DNA of 64,000 nucleotides from an uncultured Gemmatimonadales bacterium (GTDB lineage Bacteria; Gemmatimonadota; Gemmatimonadetes; Gemmatimonadales; GWC2-71-9). Positions 41,116 to 50,879 of this stretch are shown piece by piece. The notes under the pieces are model-generated. The model worked only from the letters and a program-made list of their open reading frames with translations. It was not told the origin of the DNA and did not search any database. Location: the NCBI GenBank assembly GCA_963825055.1, contig CAWGSK010000030.1, forward strand, positions 64,001 to 128,000, given 5' to 3'. The translations under genes were made by a program, and so were the position numbers. Within the stretch, counting starts at the first letter, position 1. Each line of letters begins with the position of its first letter.

Positions 41116-42332
41116 TGGTCCCAGTCATCGAAACGGTCGCGGTGGCATTCCAGTCCATCCGCGCCAACAAGCTGCGCTCCGTGCTGACGATGCTGGGTAT
41201 CATCATTGGCGTCGCCGCCGTCATCACCATGGTGGCTCTCGGCACGGGCGCCCAGAAGGCCGTCGAGGAGCAGATTGCGAACATGGGCGCCCGCCTCCTC
41301 ACCGTCTACCCGGGCCAGATGTTCTCCCGGGGGGTGGCGAGCGGGAACCGTGTCAGCCTCACTACGGATGACTACGAAGCGCTCAAGCAGGGCGCCACCA
41401 TGCTCGACGCCGTGATCCCCGAAATGCAGTCCAACCTGCAGCTCAAGTACGGGAACAAGAACCTGAACAGCACCATCATCGGGACTACCGCCGAGTACGT
41501 CCCGGTACAGAACTACACCATCGCCTACGGCCGCAACTTCACGGCAGGCGACGACGAGGCCCGGAAGAGGTACGCCGTCCTTGGCGCGGACGTGCCGGAA
41601 CAGCTCGAGATCAACCCGGCCGCCCTCATCGGCCAGACCATCCTCATCCGCGCGATTCCCTTCGAGGTGATCGGCGTGATGGAGCCGAAGGGCTCCCAGG
41701 GATCGTGGTCCAATCCTGACGAGAACATCCTGATCCCGCTGCAGACCGCAAAGTACCGGATCTTCGGCAGTGACCGGCTCCGCTCGCTGACCGTGCAGGT
41801 GGCGGAAACCGTCCCGTTCGAGCAGGGCATGGTGGACATGGAGCGGGTGCTCCGGCGCGAGCACAAGATCCGCCCGGGCGGCGCCAATGACTTCATGATC
41901 CGCAACCGCCAGGAACTCCTCGCCACCCAGCAGGAAGCCACACAGGTCTTCACCTCGCTGCTGGCCGGCATCGCGGCCGTCAGCCTCCTGGTCGGCGGCA
42001 TCGGGATCATGAACATCATGCTCGTGTCGGTCACGGAGCGGACCCGGGAAATCGGCGTGCGCAAGGCGCTCGGCGCCACCCGCCTCAACATCATGCTCCA
42101 GTTCCTGATCGAGGCGCTGGTGCTATGCCTCAGTGGCGGTTTGCTCGGAATCCTGCTCGGCTGGGGGGCGAGCGCCATCATGGCCAATTCCTTCGGCTGG
42201 AACACGATGATCTCCCCGGACGCCGTGGCCCTGGCGTTCGGTTTCAGCGCGGCGATCGGCCTCATCTTCGGCATCTGGCCCGCCCGCCGCGCCGCGGGAC
42301 TCGACCCGATCATCGCGCTGCGCTACGAATAG
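41115..42332 (+). CDS. MacB-family ABC permease
   Basis: NKLRSVLTMLGIIIG, GGIGIMNIMLVSVTERTREIG and DPI.ALRYE motifs. Confidence 0.95.
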   Translation: MVPVIETVAVAFQSIRANKLRSVLTMLGIIIGVAAVITMVALGTGAQKAVEEQIANMGARLLTVYPGQMFSRGVASGNRVSLTTDDYEALKQGATMLDAVIPEMQSNLQLKYGNKNLNSTIIGTTAEYVPVQNYTIAYGRNFTAGDDEARKRYAVLGADVPEQLEINPAALIGQTILIRAIPFEVIGVMEPKGSQGSWSNPDENILIPLQTAKYRIFGSDRLRSLTVQVAETVPFEQGMVDMERVLRREHKIRPGGANDFMIRNRQELLATQQEATQVFTSLLAGIAAVSLLVGGIGIMNIMLVSVTERTREIGVRKALGATRLNIMLQFLIEALVLCLSGGLLGILLGWGASAIMANSFGWNTMISPDAVALAFGFSAAIGLIFGIWPARRAAGLDPIIALRYE

Positions 42333-42346
42333 CATCACCTGACCGG

Positions 42347-42384
42347 CCCCCTCCGCCGCGCCATGGCGCGGCGGAGGGGGTTTT
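42347..42384 (+). terminator. Rho-independent terminator (perfect 34-nt palindrome)
   Basis: CCCCCTCCGCCGCGCCATGGCGCGGCGGAGGGGG followed by TTTT. Confidence 0.85.
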
Positions 42385-42465
42385 GCCGTGCATCCCCTGC
42401 GGTTACTCTGCCCTCGTCCGCCCTGGCCCCGCCGGGGCCTCCCCCAGTCGCTGGAGTCCGGAAAC

Positions 42466-44742
42466 GTGCTGTTGCTCGCCTTCGCCCTGCTGACCCAGGC
42501 CCAGGCCCCCGATACCCTCGCCTACAACGGGAAGGGCGGCCCGGCCGTCCCGATCCCCCGCATCGATACCAGCGCCGTCGTCGATGGCCGAATGGACGAG
42601 GCCGTCTGGGACAGGGCCGCGCTGCTCACGGGGTTCTCCCAGTACGAGCCGGTGGACGGACGTCCCGCCGAGGAGCGAACCGAGGTCCGGGTCTGGTACT
42701 CACCTTCCGCGATCTACTTCGGCGTGATCGCCTATGACCGGCAGCCCGGCACCATCCGGGCCACGAGGGCCGATCGCGACAACATCGACAATGACGACCA
42801 GGTCACGATCTACCTGGACACCTTCCATGACCGGCGCCGCGCATTCTTTTTCGCGGTCAACCCGCTCGGGATCCAGCAGGACGGCGTCCGGAGCGAGGGC
42901 GCCCAGAGCGCGGGGAACCTCTTCGGCGGCACCATCGACCGGAACCCCGACTACGCCTGGGATTCCCGGGGGCAGGTGACCGACAGCGGGTATGTCGTCG
43001 AGATCCGGATCCCCTTCAAGAGCCTGCGCTATCCCTCCGGGGGGCCGCAGACCTGGGGCCTCAATGTCCTGCGGCGCAACCAGCGGACCGGGTACAACGA
43101 CACCTGGACCGACGTGCGCCGCGCGAACGCCAGCTTTCTCGTCCAGGGCGGCACCCTGACTGGAATGCACGACCTGCACCGCGGCGTCGTCCTTGAGGCA
43201 CAGCCGTTCGTCACCGCCACCTCCAACGGCTCCCGCGATGCGGCAGGCAACTTCGACCGTAGCGCCATTGACGGCGACGCGGGCGCCAACTTCCGGGTCG
43301 GCCTCACCAACCTGAGCCTCGACGGGACCATCAATCCCGATTTCAGCCAGGTGGAATCGGACGCGGGCCAGATCTCGCTGAACGAACGGTTCGCCCTGTT
43401 CTTCCCGGAGAAGCGCCCCTTCTTCCTGGAGGGAATCGAGCTGTTCTCCACCCCGAGCCAGCTGGTCTACACCCGGCAGATCGCCAACCCGTCCGCGGGA
43501 GTGAAGCTGACCGGGAAGTTTGGCCGGCTCGGCGTCGCACACCTGACCGCGGTCGATGAATTCCCCGATGCCGACGATGCCCTCTTCAACATTACGCGCA
43601 TCCGCTCGGACTTCGGGTCAAACTCCGTGGCCGGAGTCACGGTGACCGACCGCAGCGTGCTCGGCACCAGCGACTACAACCGGGTCGTGGCGGGAGACGT
43701 TCGCTACGTCTTCGCCAAGCTCTACTTCATCGAAACCCAGCTCGGCAATTCCTGGACCCGCGAGGGTGGCTCCACCAGGGACGGCCTGATCTGGAAGGCG
43801 GAATTCGACCGGACCGGGCGGAGCTGGGGCTTCAACTACCGGATGGACGCCGTCGACAGGAACTTCGAGACCCGCTCGGGCTTCGTCAACCGCACGGGGA
43901 TCGTGAGCGCGCACGTCTTCAACCGTCTCACATGGTACGGCGCGCGAGGCGCGCTGGTGGAAAACTTCACCACTTTCTTCGGCCCCACGCGGATCTGGCG
44001 CTACGGCGACATCGGCGGCAATGCCATCGAGGGCGGCGAGTCACTCAACCTGAACCTGACCCTCCGGGGCGGCTGGCAGCTGCGCAGCGAGATCTCGCGC
44101 GACTTCGTCGACTTTGATCCCGCCGACTACGCCACCTACACGGTGGACCGCGGGGGCGGCCCCGTCCCGTTCGTGCCCGCCGAGGGAGTGGCGGGGCCCG
44201 ACGTGTCGCTCAACGTGAGCACGCCGGTCTACCGGAAGTTCGACGCTTCCGCCCGGATCGAATACGCGGAAGGCGCGCTTTTCCCCGAGGCATCCCGGGG
44301 CCGGGGCTTTTTCCTGTCCGGGTCCCTCGGTCTCCGGCCTTCGGACCCGGTCCGGATCACCTTCACCAACAGCCTGCAGTGGCTCTACCGTGAGGACGGC
44401 TCGAGCTTCGCCCGCACGATCATTCCGCGCCTCAAGATGGAGTACCAGGCAACCCGGTCGCTCTTCTTCCGGCTGATCGGCGAGTACCGATCGGAGCGCC
44501 GGGACATCCTGCTTGACCCCGAGACAGGTGTGCCGTTGCTGGTCAATGGCGTTCCGGCGCCCATGACGGAAACCAATGGCCTCCGGGTGGACGCGCTCGT
44601 GTCCCTCGAGCCGACGCCGGGCACCGTGGCCTTCTTCGGCTATGGCAGCCAGCTCGAAACCCCGTCCGGCTTCGGGTTCCGCGACCTCCGCCGGCTCCGG
44701 GACGGGTTCTTCCTCAAGCTGGCATACCAGTTCCGCCGCTAG
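42466..44742 (+). CDS. CBM9-like domain plus DUF5916 outer-membrane protein
   Basis: VDGRMDE..W, EIRIPFKSLRY and NPDFSQVESD...EKRPFFLEG motifs. Confidence 0.85.
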   Translation: MLLLAFALLTQAQAPDTLAYNGKGGPAVPIPRIDTSAVVDGRMDEAVWDRAALLTGFSQYEPVDGRPAEERTEVRVWYSPSAIYFGVIAYDRQPGTIRATRADRDNIDNDDQVTIYLDTFHDRRRAFFFAVNPLGIQQDGVRSEGAQSAGNLFGGTIDRNPDYAWDSRGQVTDSGYVVEIRIPFKSLRYPSGGPQTWGLNVLRRNQRTGYNDTWTDVRRANASFLVQGGTLTGMHDLHRGVVLEAQPFVTATSNGSRDAAGNFDRSAIDGDAGANFRVGLTNLSLDGTINPDFSQVESDAGQISLNERFALFFPEKRPFFLEGIELFSTPSQLVYTRQIANPSAGVKLTGKFGRLGVAHLTAVDEFPDADDALFNITRIRSDFGSNSVAGVTVTDRSVLGTSDYNRVVAGDVRYVFAKLYFIETQLGNSWTREGGSTRDGLIWKAEFDRTGRSWGFNYRMDAVDRNFETRSGFVNRTGIVSAHVFNRLTWYGARGALVENFTTFFGPTRIWRYGDIGGNAIEGGESLNLNLTLRGGWQLRSEISRDFVDFDPADYATYTVDRGGGPVPFVPAEGVAGPDVSLNVSTPVYRKFDASARIEYAEGALFPEASRGRGFFLSGSLGLRPSDPVRITFTNSLQWLYREDGSSFARTIIPRLKMEYQATRSLFFRLIGEYRSERRDILLDPETGVPLLVNGVPAPMTETNGLRVDALVSLEPTPGTVAFFGYGSQLETPSGFGFRDLRRLRDGFFLKLAYQFRR

Positions 44743-44791
44743 CCGGCCAGGTCGTGTGCTGGGATGGTCCCGGCGGTGAACCGTGGCGTTG

Positions 44792-44872
44792 AACACGGAG
44801 GGCGCGGAATTCACGGAGGTCGCGCGGAAGAACAGGCAGGCATTCCGTGTCTTTCGTGTCTTCCGTGGTGAA
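44792..44872 (+). repeat. Second hairpin of CACGGAG-like 9-mer units (no nuclease gene adjacent)
   Basis: Left CACGGAGGG-CGCGGAATT-CACGGAGGT; right TTCCGTGTC-TTTCGTGTC-TTCCGTGGT. Confidence 0.8.
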
Positions 44873-44988
44873 TCGGCCGGGGACTGCCAGTCAGAACCGT
44901 CTGGTGCCACCCCACCTGGCGCCCGAACCTCGACAGAACTGATTCGTCGTCCCCATCGTGTCTGAAGGAAGACCCGAAAGGACCGGCC

Positions 44989-45702
44989 ATGGAAACCGAA
45001 GCACAGACCCCCCCTGCAACGCCAGCCGTCGAGACACGACGTGGCGCCTACCGCCATCACTGGCTGGTGCGGCTCTGCCACTGGGCCAACGCGGCCCTGC
45101 TGGTGGGGATGATCGCCAGCGGGCTCCAGATCTATCTGGCGTACCGCCATTTCGGCAAACGCGGCGGCCCGTACCTCGGGCCCAATCCCTTCGACGGCTA
45201 CGTCTTTCCCGAATGGGCTCGCCTGGGTGGGTGGCTCGCCGGTGGACTCAACTGGCACTTCGCCCTCGCCTGGCCATTCGTCATCACGGGGCTCGCCTAC
45301 GTCGGCTATCTGATCGTGTCGGGCGAATGGCGCGCCCTCGTCTTCCGCCCCCGCGACATCCGCCCCGCCTTCGAGATGCAGAAGTACTACCTGCGCCTCC
45401 GGCAGGACCACCCCCCGCAGGGCAAGCACAACGCGCTGCAGAAGGGAGCGTACACCTTCATCGTCCTGGTGGGCGCGATCGCCGTGTTTTCGGGGTTCGC
45501 CATCTACAAACCGGTCCAGCTCTCGTGGCTGACCACCCTCTTCGGGGGATACGAGCTGGCGCGCTACTGGCACTTCGTGAGCGTGTGGGTCTTCGTGGCC
45601 TTCACCCTGGTGCACGTCATTCTCGTGTTCACGGCCGACCCTGCATCATTCCGGGCCATCATCACGGGAAGGTACCGCGGGAGGTACGTGAGCCATGACT
45701 GA
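44989..45702 (+). CDS. Cytochrome b/b6-domain membrane subunit (YdhU/PhsC-like)
   Basis: VRLCHWAN, GGWLAGGLNWHF, KHNALQK, KPVQ and AR.WHF heme-His motifs. Confidence 0.9.
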   Translation: METEAQTPPATPAVETRRGAYRHHWLVRLCHWANAALLVGMIASGLQIYLAYRHFGKRGGPYLGPNPFDGYVFPEWARLGGWLAGGLNWHFALAWPFVITGLAYVGYLIVSGEWRALVFRPRDIRPAFEMQKYYLRLRQDHPPQGKHNALQKGAYTFIVLVGAIAVFSGFAIYKPVQLSWLTTLFGGYELARYWHFVSVWVFVAFTLVHVILVFTADPASFRAIITGRYRGRYVSHD

Positions 45703-46414
45703 CCATCACCTGACACGACGCACGTTCATGCGGCTCGGCCTCACGGCTGGGTCCACCGGATTGCTCGCCGCGTGCGGATGGGATGGGGGACAGGTGCTCC
45801 AGCCGGCCCTGGGCGCGGTTTCCAGGGTCAACGACTGGGTCGGGGAGCACATCATCCACTCCAACGCACGGCTCGCCCGCGAGTATCCGGCGTCGCTCCG
45901 CACGGGTGCCACCTTTCCGGCCTACTTCGTGAGCCCACGCATGCCGGTCCTGGCCGACCCGGGCGCCTGGGCCCTGGAGGTGGGAGGGGAGGTCGAGAAG
46001 CCGATGCGGCTCACGCTGGAGATGCTGCAGGGGCTCCCCCGACTTACCTACACCGTCAAGCACCACTGCGTGGAAGGCTGGACGGCGATCGCCACCTGGT
46101 CCGGCGTCCCGTTCCATGCCCTCGCCACCCTCGTCACGCCCACATCACGAGCCCGGTTTGTCCGGTTCGATTCGTTCGACGCGGACTACTACAACGGCTG
46201 GGACATGACCAGTGCCATGCATCCCCAGACCATCCTGGCCTGGGCCTATAACGACCGGCCCCTCATGGCGGACCATGGCGCTCCGCTCAGGCTCTACTCC
46301 CCGGTCAAACTGGGCTACAAGCTCACCAAGTACCTGACCCGCGTAACGTTCACCCGCGAACGGCCCGGCGGGTACTGGGAAGACCGCGGCTACCCCTGGC
46401 TCGGCGGCGTTTGA
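45695..46414 (+). CDS. Molybdopterin-dependent oxidoreductase (sulfite oxidase/MsrP family), Tat-exported
   Basis: TRRTFM Tat motif plus LAAC; HHCVEGW, HPQT and HGAPLRL..P.KLGYK. Confidence 0.9.
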   Translation: MTDHHLTRRTFMRLGLTAGSTGLLAACGWDGGQVLQPALGAVSRVNDWVGEHIIHSNARLAREYPASLRTGATFPAYFVSPRMPVLADPGAWALEVGGEVEKPMRLTLEMLQGLPRLTYTVKHHCVEGWTAIATWSGVPFHALATLVTPTSRARFVRFDSFDADYYNGWDMTSAMHPQTILAWAYNDRPLMADHGAPLRLYSPVKLGYKLTKYLTRVTFTRERPGGYWEDRGYPWLGGV

Positions 46415-46491
46415 AGCGCACCGGGCAAACGGGTATCATTCGTGGCACTCACCATCCAGTCATCCCGGGGAACCACCATGCCGACACGCGC

Positions 46492-47445
46492 GTGAGCAAT
46501 CCGTCCACGCGGGGACACCACCTCGCCGGTTATCTCTTCGGGCTCGGGGCAGGCGCCATCTGGGGTACCACGGGCCCGCTCAGCACTGCCCTTTACGGCG
46601 CAGGCGCCGAACTGACCGGCATCGGGTTCTGGCGGATCGGGATCGCGACGGCAGGACTGCTGGCCTACGGCCTCCTCCACCCCGGGTTCTTCCGGCTCGA
46701 CCGCAAGGCCGTCCTCGTGGTGGGCCTCGGGGGCGGGCTGCTGGTGGCGCTGTTCGAGGTGGCCTACCAGTTCGGGATCGCCGGGGCAGGCGTGGCGGGT
46801 GCGTCCGCCCTCCTCTACCTCGCGCCCGTGATGGTCGCCATCCTGGCACGCCTGCTCCTGGGCGAAGCCCTGACATCACTGCGCCTGCTGCTGGCGGTGG
46901 TCGTGATGGTAGGGGCGGCGCTCACCGTGGCCGGCGGGTCACAAGGTGGAATGGGGAATGTCGCGCTGCCGTCGCTGCTGCAGGGGGTCGCGGGCGGCGT
47001 GCTCGCCGCAATCAGCTACGCCGGCACCACCATCCTGGCCCGCTGGGCCGTCCCCCGCTATGGTGCCGTGCGCGTGCTGTTCCTCGAGATCGGCGGGGGC
47101 ACTCTGGTCCTCGGCATCGTGCTGCCGCTGGCCGGAGCGCCGCCGGTCGCCCCGACAGCAATCGGACCCTGGGTTTTCCTGGCCGCGCTCGCCCTGGGGC
47201 CAGTCCTCGCCGCCAACTTCCTGTTCTTCGCCGCGGTCCGGCGCATTGACGCGGCCCCGACCGCGGTCGCGGCCACCATTGAACCGGTCGTGGGCACCCT
47301 GCTCGCACTGGCCCTGTTCAGCCAGGGGCTGACCCCGCTGGGCTGGCTCGGACTCGCGATGGTCGTGGGAGGGGTTGCGGCGGGTTACCTGCGGGAGGGA
47401 CGGGAGGCACCACCACCGCTCGCGGAACGCGCGGCGGAGGTCTGA
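46492..47445 (+). CDS. DMT/EamA-family transporter
   Basis: About 10 TM helices, IWGTTG and TIEPV motifs. Confidence 0.88.
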   Translation: MSNPSTRGHHLAGYLFGLGAGAIWGTTGPLSTALYGAGAELTGIGFWRIGIATAGLLAYGLLHPGFFRLDRKAVLVVGLGGGLLVALFEVAYQFGIAGAGVAGASALLYLAPVMVAILARLLLGEALTSLRLLLAVVVMVGAALTVAGGSQGGMGNVALPSLLQGVAGGVLAAISYAGTTILARWAVPRYGAVRVLFLEIGGGTLVLGIVLPLAGAPPVAPTAIGPWVFLAALALGPVLAANFLFFAAVRRIDAAPTAVAATIEPVVGTLLALALFSQGLTPLGWLGLAMVVGGVAAGYLREGREAPPPLAERAAEV

Positions 47446-47460
47446 TGCCACCCTCGCGAA

Positions 47461-47700
47461 CTACTCGTCCTCGCGCTCGACGCCGATCTCGGCTGAGCCG
47501 TCAGCCTGGTACGCGACCGTCAGCCGCCACGGCCGACAGCAGACCGGGCAGTCCTCCACGTACTCCTGCAGCGTCCCGCTGCCGGGATCGAGCGTGATCT
47601 CGCATACCTCGCCGCAGTGCGGGCAGGTGACTTCACCCTCCTCGGCGGCATCCCCATCGCCGAGCGTGAAATCCTCGTCCAGAGATTCTTCGTCCATCAT
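47461..47700 (-). CDS. CPXCG-motif cysteine-rich protein
   Basis: CPHCGE...QEYVEDCPVCCRPW. Confidence 0.88.
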   Translation of the reverse strand: MMDEESLDEDFTLGDGDAAEEGEVTCPHCGEVCEITLDPGSGTLQEYVEDCPVCCRPWRLTVAYQADGSAEIGVEREDE

Positions 47701-47838
47701 TGGTTCCTCGAGCCAGCCGACCCCGCTGCCGGGCACGACACCGGACACCATGCCACGATGCCGGACCGGACGGGGCCGGAATTCTGCAGTGCGCCCAACA
47801 TATACGGCGGCCTCCAGACCCGCAAAGGGGAGCTGAGC

Positions 47839-49104
47839 ATGCCGCCACCGCGCTCCCGCGGACCGTTCCTCCTTGCCACCGCGGCGACGCTCCTGCTCCT
47901 GACCGCGTGGGCTACGGGCGTGCCGCCCCTGTCGAACCCCACGGGGCTGCCGCTGCCGGAGGGGCTCGCGCTCCACAGCCCTCCCCTCGTCATCCTGCTC
48001 GCCCCGCTGTTCGACCTGTGGGACGGCACGAGCATGCTCAGCATGAGCCGCCTCACCGGCTGGCTCGCCGGCATCCTGCTGCTCTACCTCGCCTGGCGTC
48101 TCATCGCGTGGGCCGGGCGGAGACGGCGGAAGACCCACTCGCCGTGGTGGGAGCGGGCGGGCCGGGAGGTCCTCGTGGCAGTGTTCGCGCTGGTGGGGCT
48201 GGTGGCCTTCCTCGCGGCCGGGGCGCTGTGGCACCGGCCCATGGTCTCGCTCGCCGGGGCCGGACCGGACCGCATGGTCGTGGACCTGCATTCCCACACG
48301 AATGCATCCCACGACGTGAAACACACACTGATGGGGGGCTTCGACGCGGCCGCCCTGCAACGCTGGCATCGCCGGGCGGGATTCGACGCGGCGTTCATCA
48401 CGGACCACAACACGGTCGAGGGCCTGCCCCCCGCCGGCGCGGATACGATGCTGCCTGCGCTGTGTCCCGGCACCGAGGTCAGCGGCTGGCGGGCGCATAT
48501 CGTGCTCCTGGGAACGCGCCAGCGTATGGAGCGGTCTCCGTACGCGGACTCCCTGGCCGGCCTGCTCACCCTCTTTCCTGATGCCCGCCGGGCCGGAGCC
48601 GTCTCGATCGCCTCACTCCCGGAATATTCCCGGAATCACTGGGAGAACCTCGACCGGTTCGTCCGGGCCGGCGTTGACGGATTCGAGATCGTGAATGCCT
48701 CACCCAAGGCAAGTGAATTCACCCGCGCACGCAGGGACAGCGTGATCGCCCTCGCGCGGGAGAATGATCTCATGGTGGTCGGAGTGAGCGACAGTCACGG
48801 CTGGGGTGCCACCAGCATGGCCTGGAATCTCGTGTCCCTGCCGCGGTGGAGGCAGGCAACCACCGCCCCCTGCCACATCCTCCTCCAGCGGCTCCGCAAG
48901 GGTGGGTTCGACGCGGTGCAGGTCGTGGAGCGCCATCATCTCCGGCCGGACGACTGGTGGCCCGCGTGGCTCACGCCGGTGGGAATGGTGTGGGAGACGT
49001 GGCGCGCCATGGACTGGCGTCACCTCCTGGCGTGGCTGGCCTGGATCTGGATCGTGGCTGGTCTCCGGATCCGGTGGACCGCGGTCAGGCCCCGCAGGGG
49101 GTAA
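47839..49104 (+). CDS. Membrane-anchored PHP-domain metallo-phosphoesterase-like protein
   Basis: N-terminal TM helices; DLHSHT, TDHN, GTE and SDSHG motifs. Confidence 0.78.
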   Translation: MPPPRSRGPFLLATAATLLLLTAWATGVPPLSNPTGLPLPEGLALHSPPLVILLAPLFDLWDGTSMLSMSRLTGWLAGILLLYLAWRLIAWAGRRRRKTHSPWWERAGREVLVAVFALVGLVAFLAAGALWHRPMVSLAGAGPDRMVVDLHSHTNASHDVKHTLMGGFDAAALQRWHRRAGFDAAFITDHNTVEGLPPAGADTMLPALCPGTEVSGWRAHIVLLGTRQRMERSPYADSLAGLLTLFPDARRAGAVSIASLPEYSRNHWENLDRFVRAGVDGFEIVNASPKASEFTRARRDSVIALARENDLMVVGVSDSHGWGATSMAWNLVSLPRWRQATTAPCHILLQRLRKGGFDAVQVVERHHLRPDDWWPAWLTPVGMVWETWRAMDWRHLLAWLAWIWIVAGLRIRWTAVRPRRG

Positions 49105-49789
49105 CCGTGGCAGGATCGGGCAGCCCGGCCGGCGGCTCGAAGACAAGGAGGTAGGCCCCTCCCTGGAGTGGAATCTCCTCCCGGGACCGGTAGCCCAGCC
49201 GGCCTAGCTCGCAGCGAATCAGCTCCGGAGAAGCGGCCTGTGACAGGATGGGGCCGTCATATTCGATGATCCCGACCCGGGCGCCGGGCGCCAGCGACGA
49301 GTACAGACGGGCGAAGTAGGCAAACGGGTTGGGGATTGTGTGATAGGCGTATGCGAGGATGGCGACGTCGATCATCGAGGGCGGCAGCCCCGGGTCGTCC
49401 GGGTCTCCCTGGACCACCTGAACGGTTGCAAGGCCGGACCGGTCCAGGCGGGAGCGGAGGTGTGCCAGTATGTCGGGCCGGCTATCCACCGCCCAGACGG
49501 TGCCGCCCGCCCCCACCTGCCCGGCCGCCCGGACCGTGTAATATCCGTAGCCGGCCAGCAGGTCAGCGACCCTCGTCCCGGACCCGACGCGCAGCCAGTC
49601 GAACACCGTGGCCGCCTCGCGGAGCCGGTCCCGGACGCTTTCGTCGCCCTGGCTGGCATAAATGAGTCGCGCGACCGGACGCTCCGGCGAGGGCCAGTCC
49701 GGGGTTCCGGTCTGGGCCCGGACCGGCGCCGGCCAGCAGAGGAGACCACCAACCAGCGCTGCCAGCACGAACGCCGTCAGCCGTGACAC
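49085..49789 (-). CDS. Class I SAM-dependent methyltransferase with N-terminal signal peptide
   Basis: VADLLAGYGYYT, VWAVD, AYH and LAPGARVGIIE motifs. Confidence 0.82.
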   Translation of the reverse strand: MSRLTAFVLAALVGGLLCWPAPVRAQTGTPDWPSPERPVARLIYASQGDESVRDRLREAATVFDWLRVGSGTRVADLLAGYGYYTVRAAGQVGAGGTVWAVDSRPDILAHLRSRLDRSGLATVQVVQGDPDDPGLPPSMIDVAILAYAYHTIPNPFAYFARLYSSLAPGARVGIIEYDGPILSQAASPELIRCELGRLGYRSREEIPLQGGAYLLVFEPPAGLPDPATVTPCGA

Positions 49790-49812
49790 GCCGGATTCAC
49801 CGTGGAGAGTGC

Positions 49813-50808
49813 ATGCAGAGATCCCGTATGCTGGGGACTGGGTTCGCCGTGCCGGAGCGGGTCGTCACCAATGACGAACTGGCCGCGCGGATGGACACGT
49901 CCGATGAATGGATACGGACCCGCACGGGCATTGAGGAGCGTCACTGGGTTACCGAAGGCGAGACCGGCGCGGGGCTGGCCCGACAAGCCTCCCTCCGGGC
50001 GATCGAGGCTGCCGGCCTCCGACCCGCCGACATCGACGCCATCGTCTACGCCACCAGCACGCCGGATCACTTCGCCCCCGGGGGCGGGGTCTACCTCCAG
50101 CGCCTGCTCGATCTGCCCGGCATTCCCTCCGTCGACATTCGCACGCAGTGCAGCGGCTTCATCTACAGCCTGGCCGTGGCCGACAGCTGGATTCGGACGG
50201 GGCTGTTCCGTCATATCCTCGTAGTCGGCGCCGAGATCCAGAGCACCGGGATGGACGTCAGCACCGCCGGCCGCAACACGGCGGTGATCTTCGCCGACGG
50301 TTCCGGCGCGGCCGTGCTCGCCCCCTCGGAGGATCCGGAACGCGGTTTTCTCGCCTTCGACCTCCACGGCGACGGTCAGCACGCCGAAATGCTCTGGGTG
50401 GACAGTCCCGGCAGCATGTACCATCCCAGGATCAGCGCGGCCCACATCGAGGAAGGTCGGCATTTCCTCTCGATGGATGGTCGGGAGGTCTTCCGACATG
50501 CCGTCACCCGGATGCCCGAGTCGGTGAGGGCCGTGCTGGACAAGGCCGGGTATCAGGCGGATGAGCTCACGCTGCTGATTCCACATCAGGCCAACCTCCG
50601 CATCTCCGAAGCCGTGCAGAAGACGCTTGGCCTCCGCGACGAACAGGTCTACAACAACATCCAGCGCTACGGCAATACGACCGCAGCCACGATTCCCATC
50701 GCCCTCGATGAATGCATCCGGGCGGGGCGCATCCCGGATGGCTCCCTCGTGGCGTTGACTGCGTTTGGTTCGGGTTTTCTTTGGGGTAGCGCCCTGCTCA
50801 GGTGGTGA
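49813..50808 (+). CDS. fabH: 3-oxoacyl-ACP synthase III
   Basis: TSDEWI..RTGI, QCSGF, HQAN, YGNT and FGSGF motifs. Confidence 0.93.
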   Translation: MQRSRMLGTGFAVPERVVTNDELAARMDTSDEWIRTRTGIEERHWVTEGETGAGLARQASLRAIEAAGLRPADIDAIVYATSTPDHFAPGGGVYLQRLLDLPGIPSVDIRTQCSGFIYSLAVADSWIRTGLFRHILVVGAEIQSTGMDVSTAGRNTAVIFADGSGAAVLAPSEDPERGFLAFDLHGDGQHAEMLWVDSPGSMYHPRISAAHIEEGRHFLSMDGREVFRHAVTRMPESVRAVLDKAGYQADELTLLIPHQANLRISEAVQKTLGLRDEQVYNNIQRYGNTTAATIPIALDECIRAGRIPDGSLVALTAFGSGFLWGSALLRW

Positions 50809-50879
50809 ATCTGAATCTTCCCATAAGGTGTTCCGTACTGAAACAGAGAAACCCCGTTCACTCTGACCAGGTCTGACAC

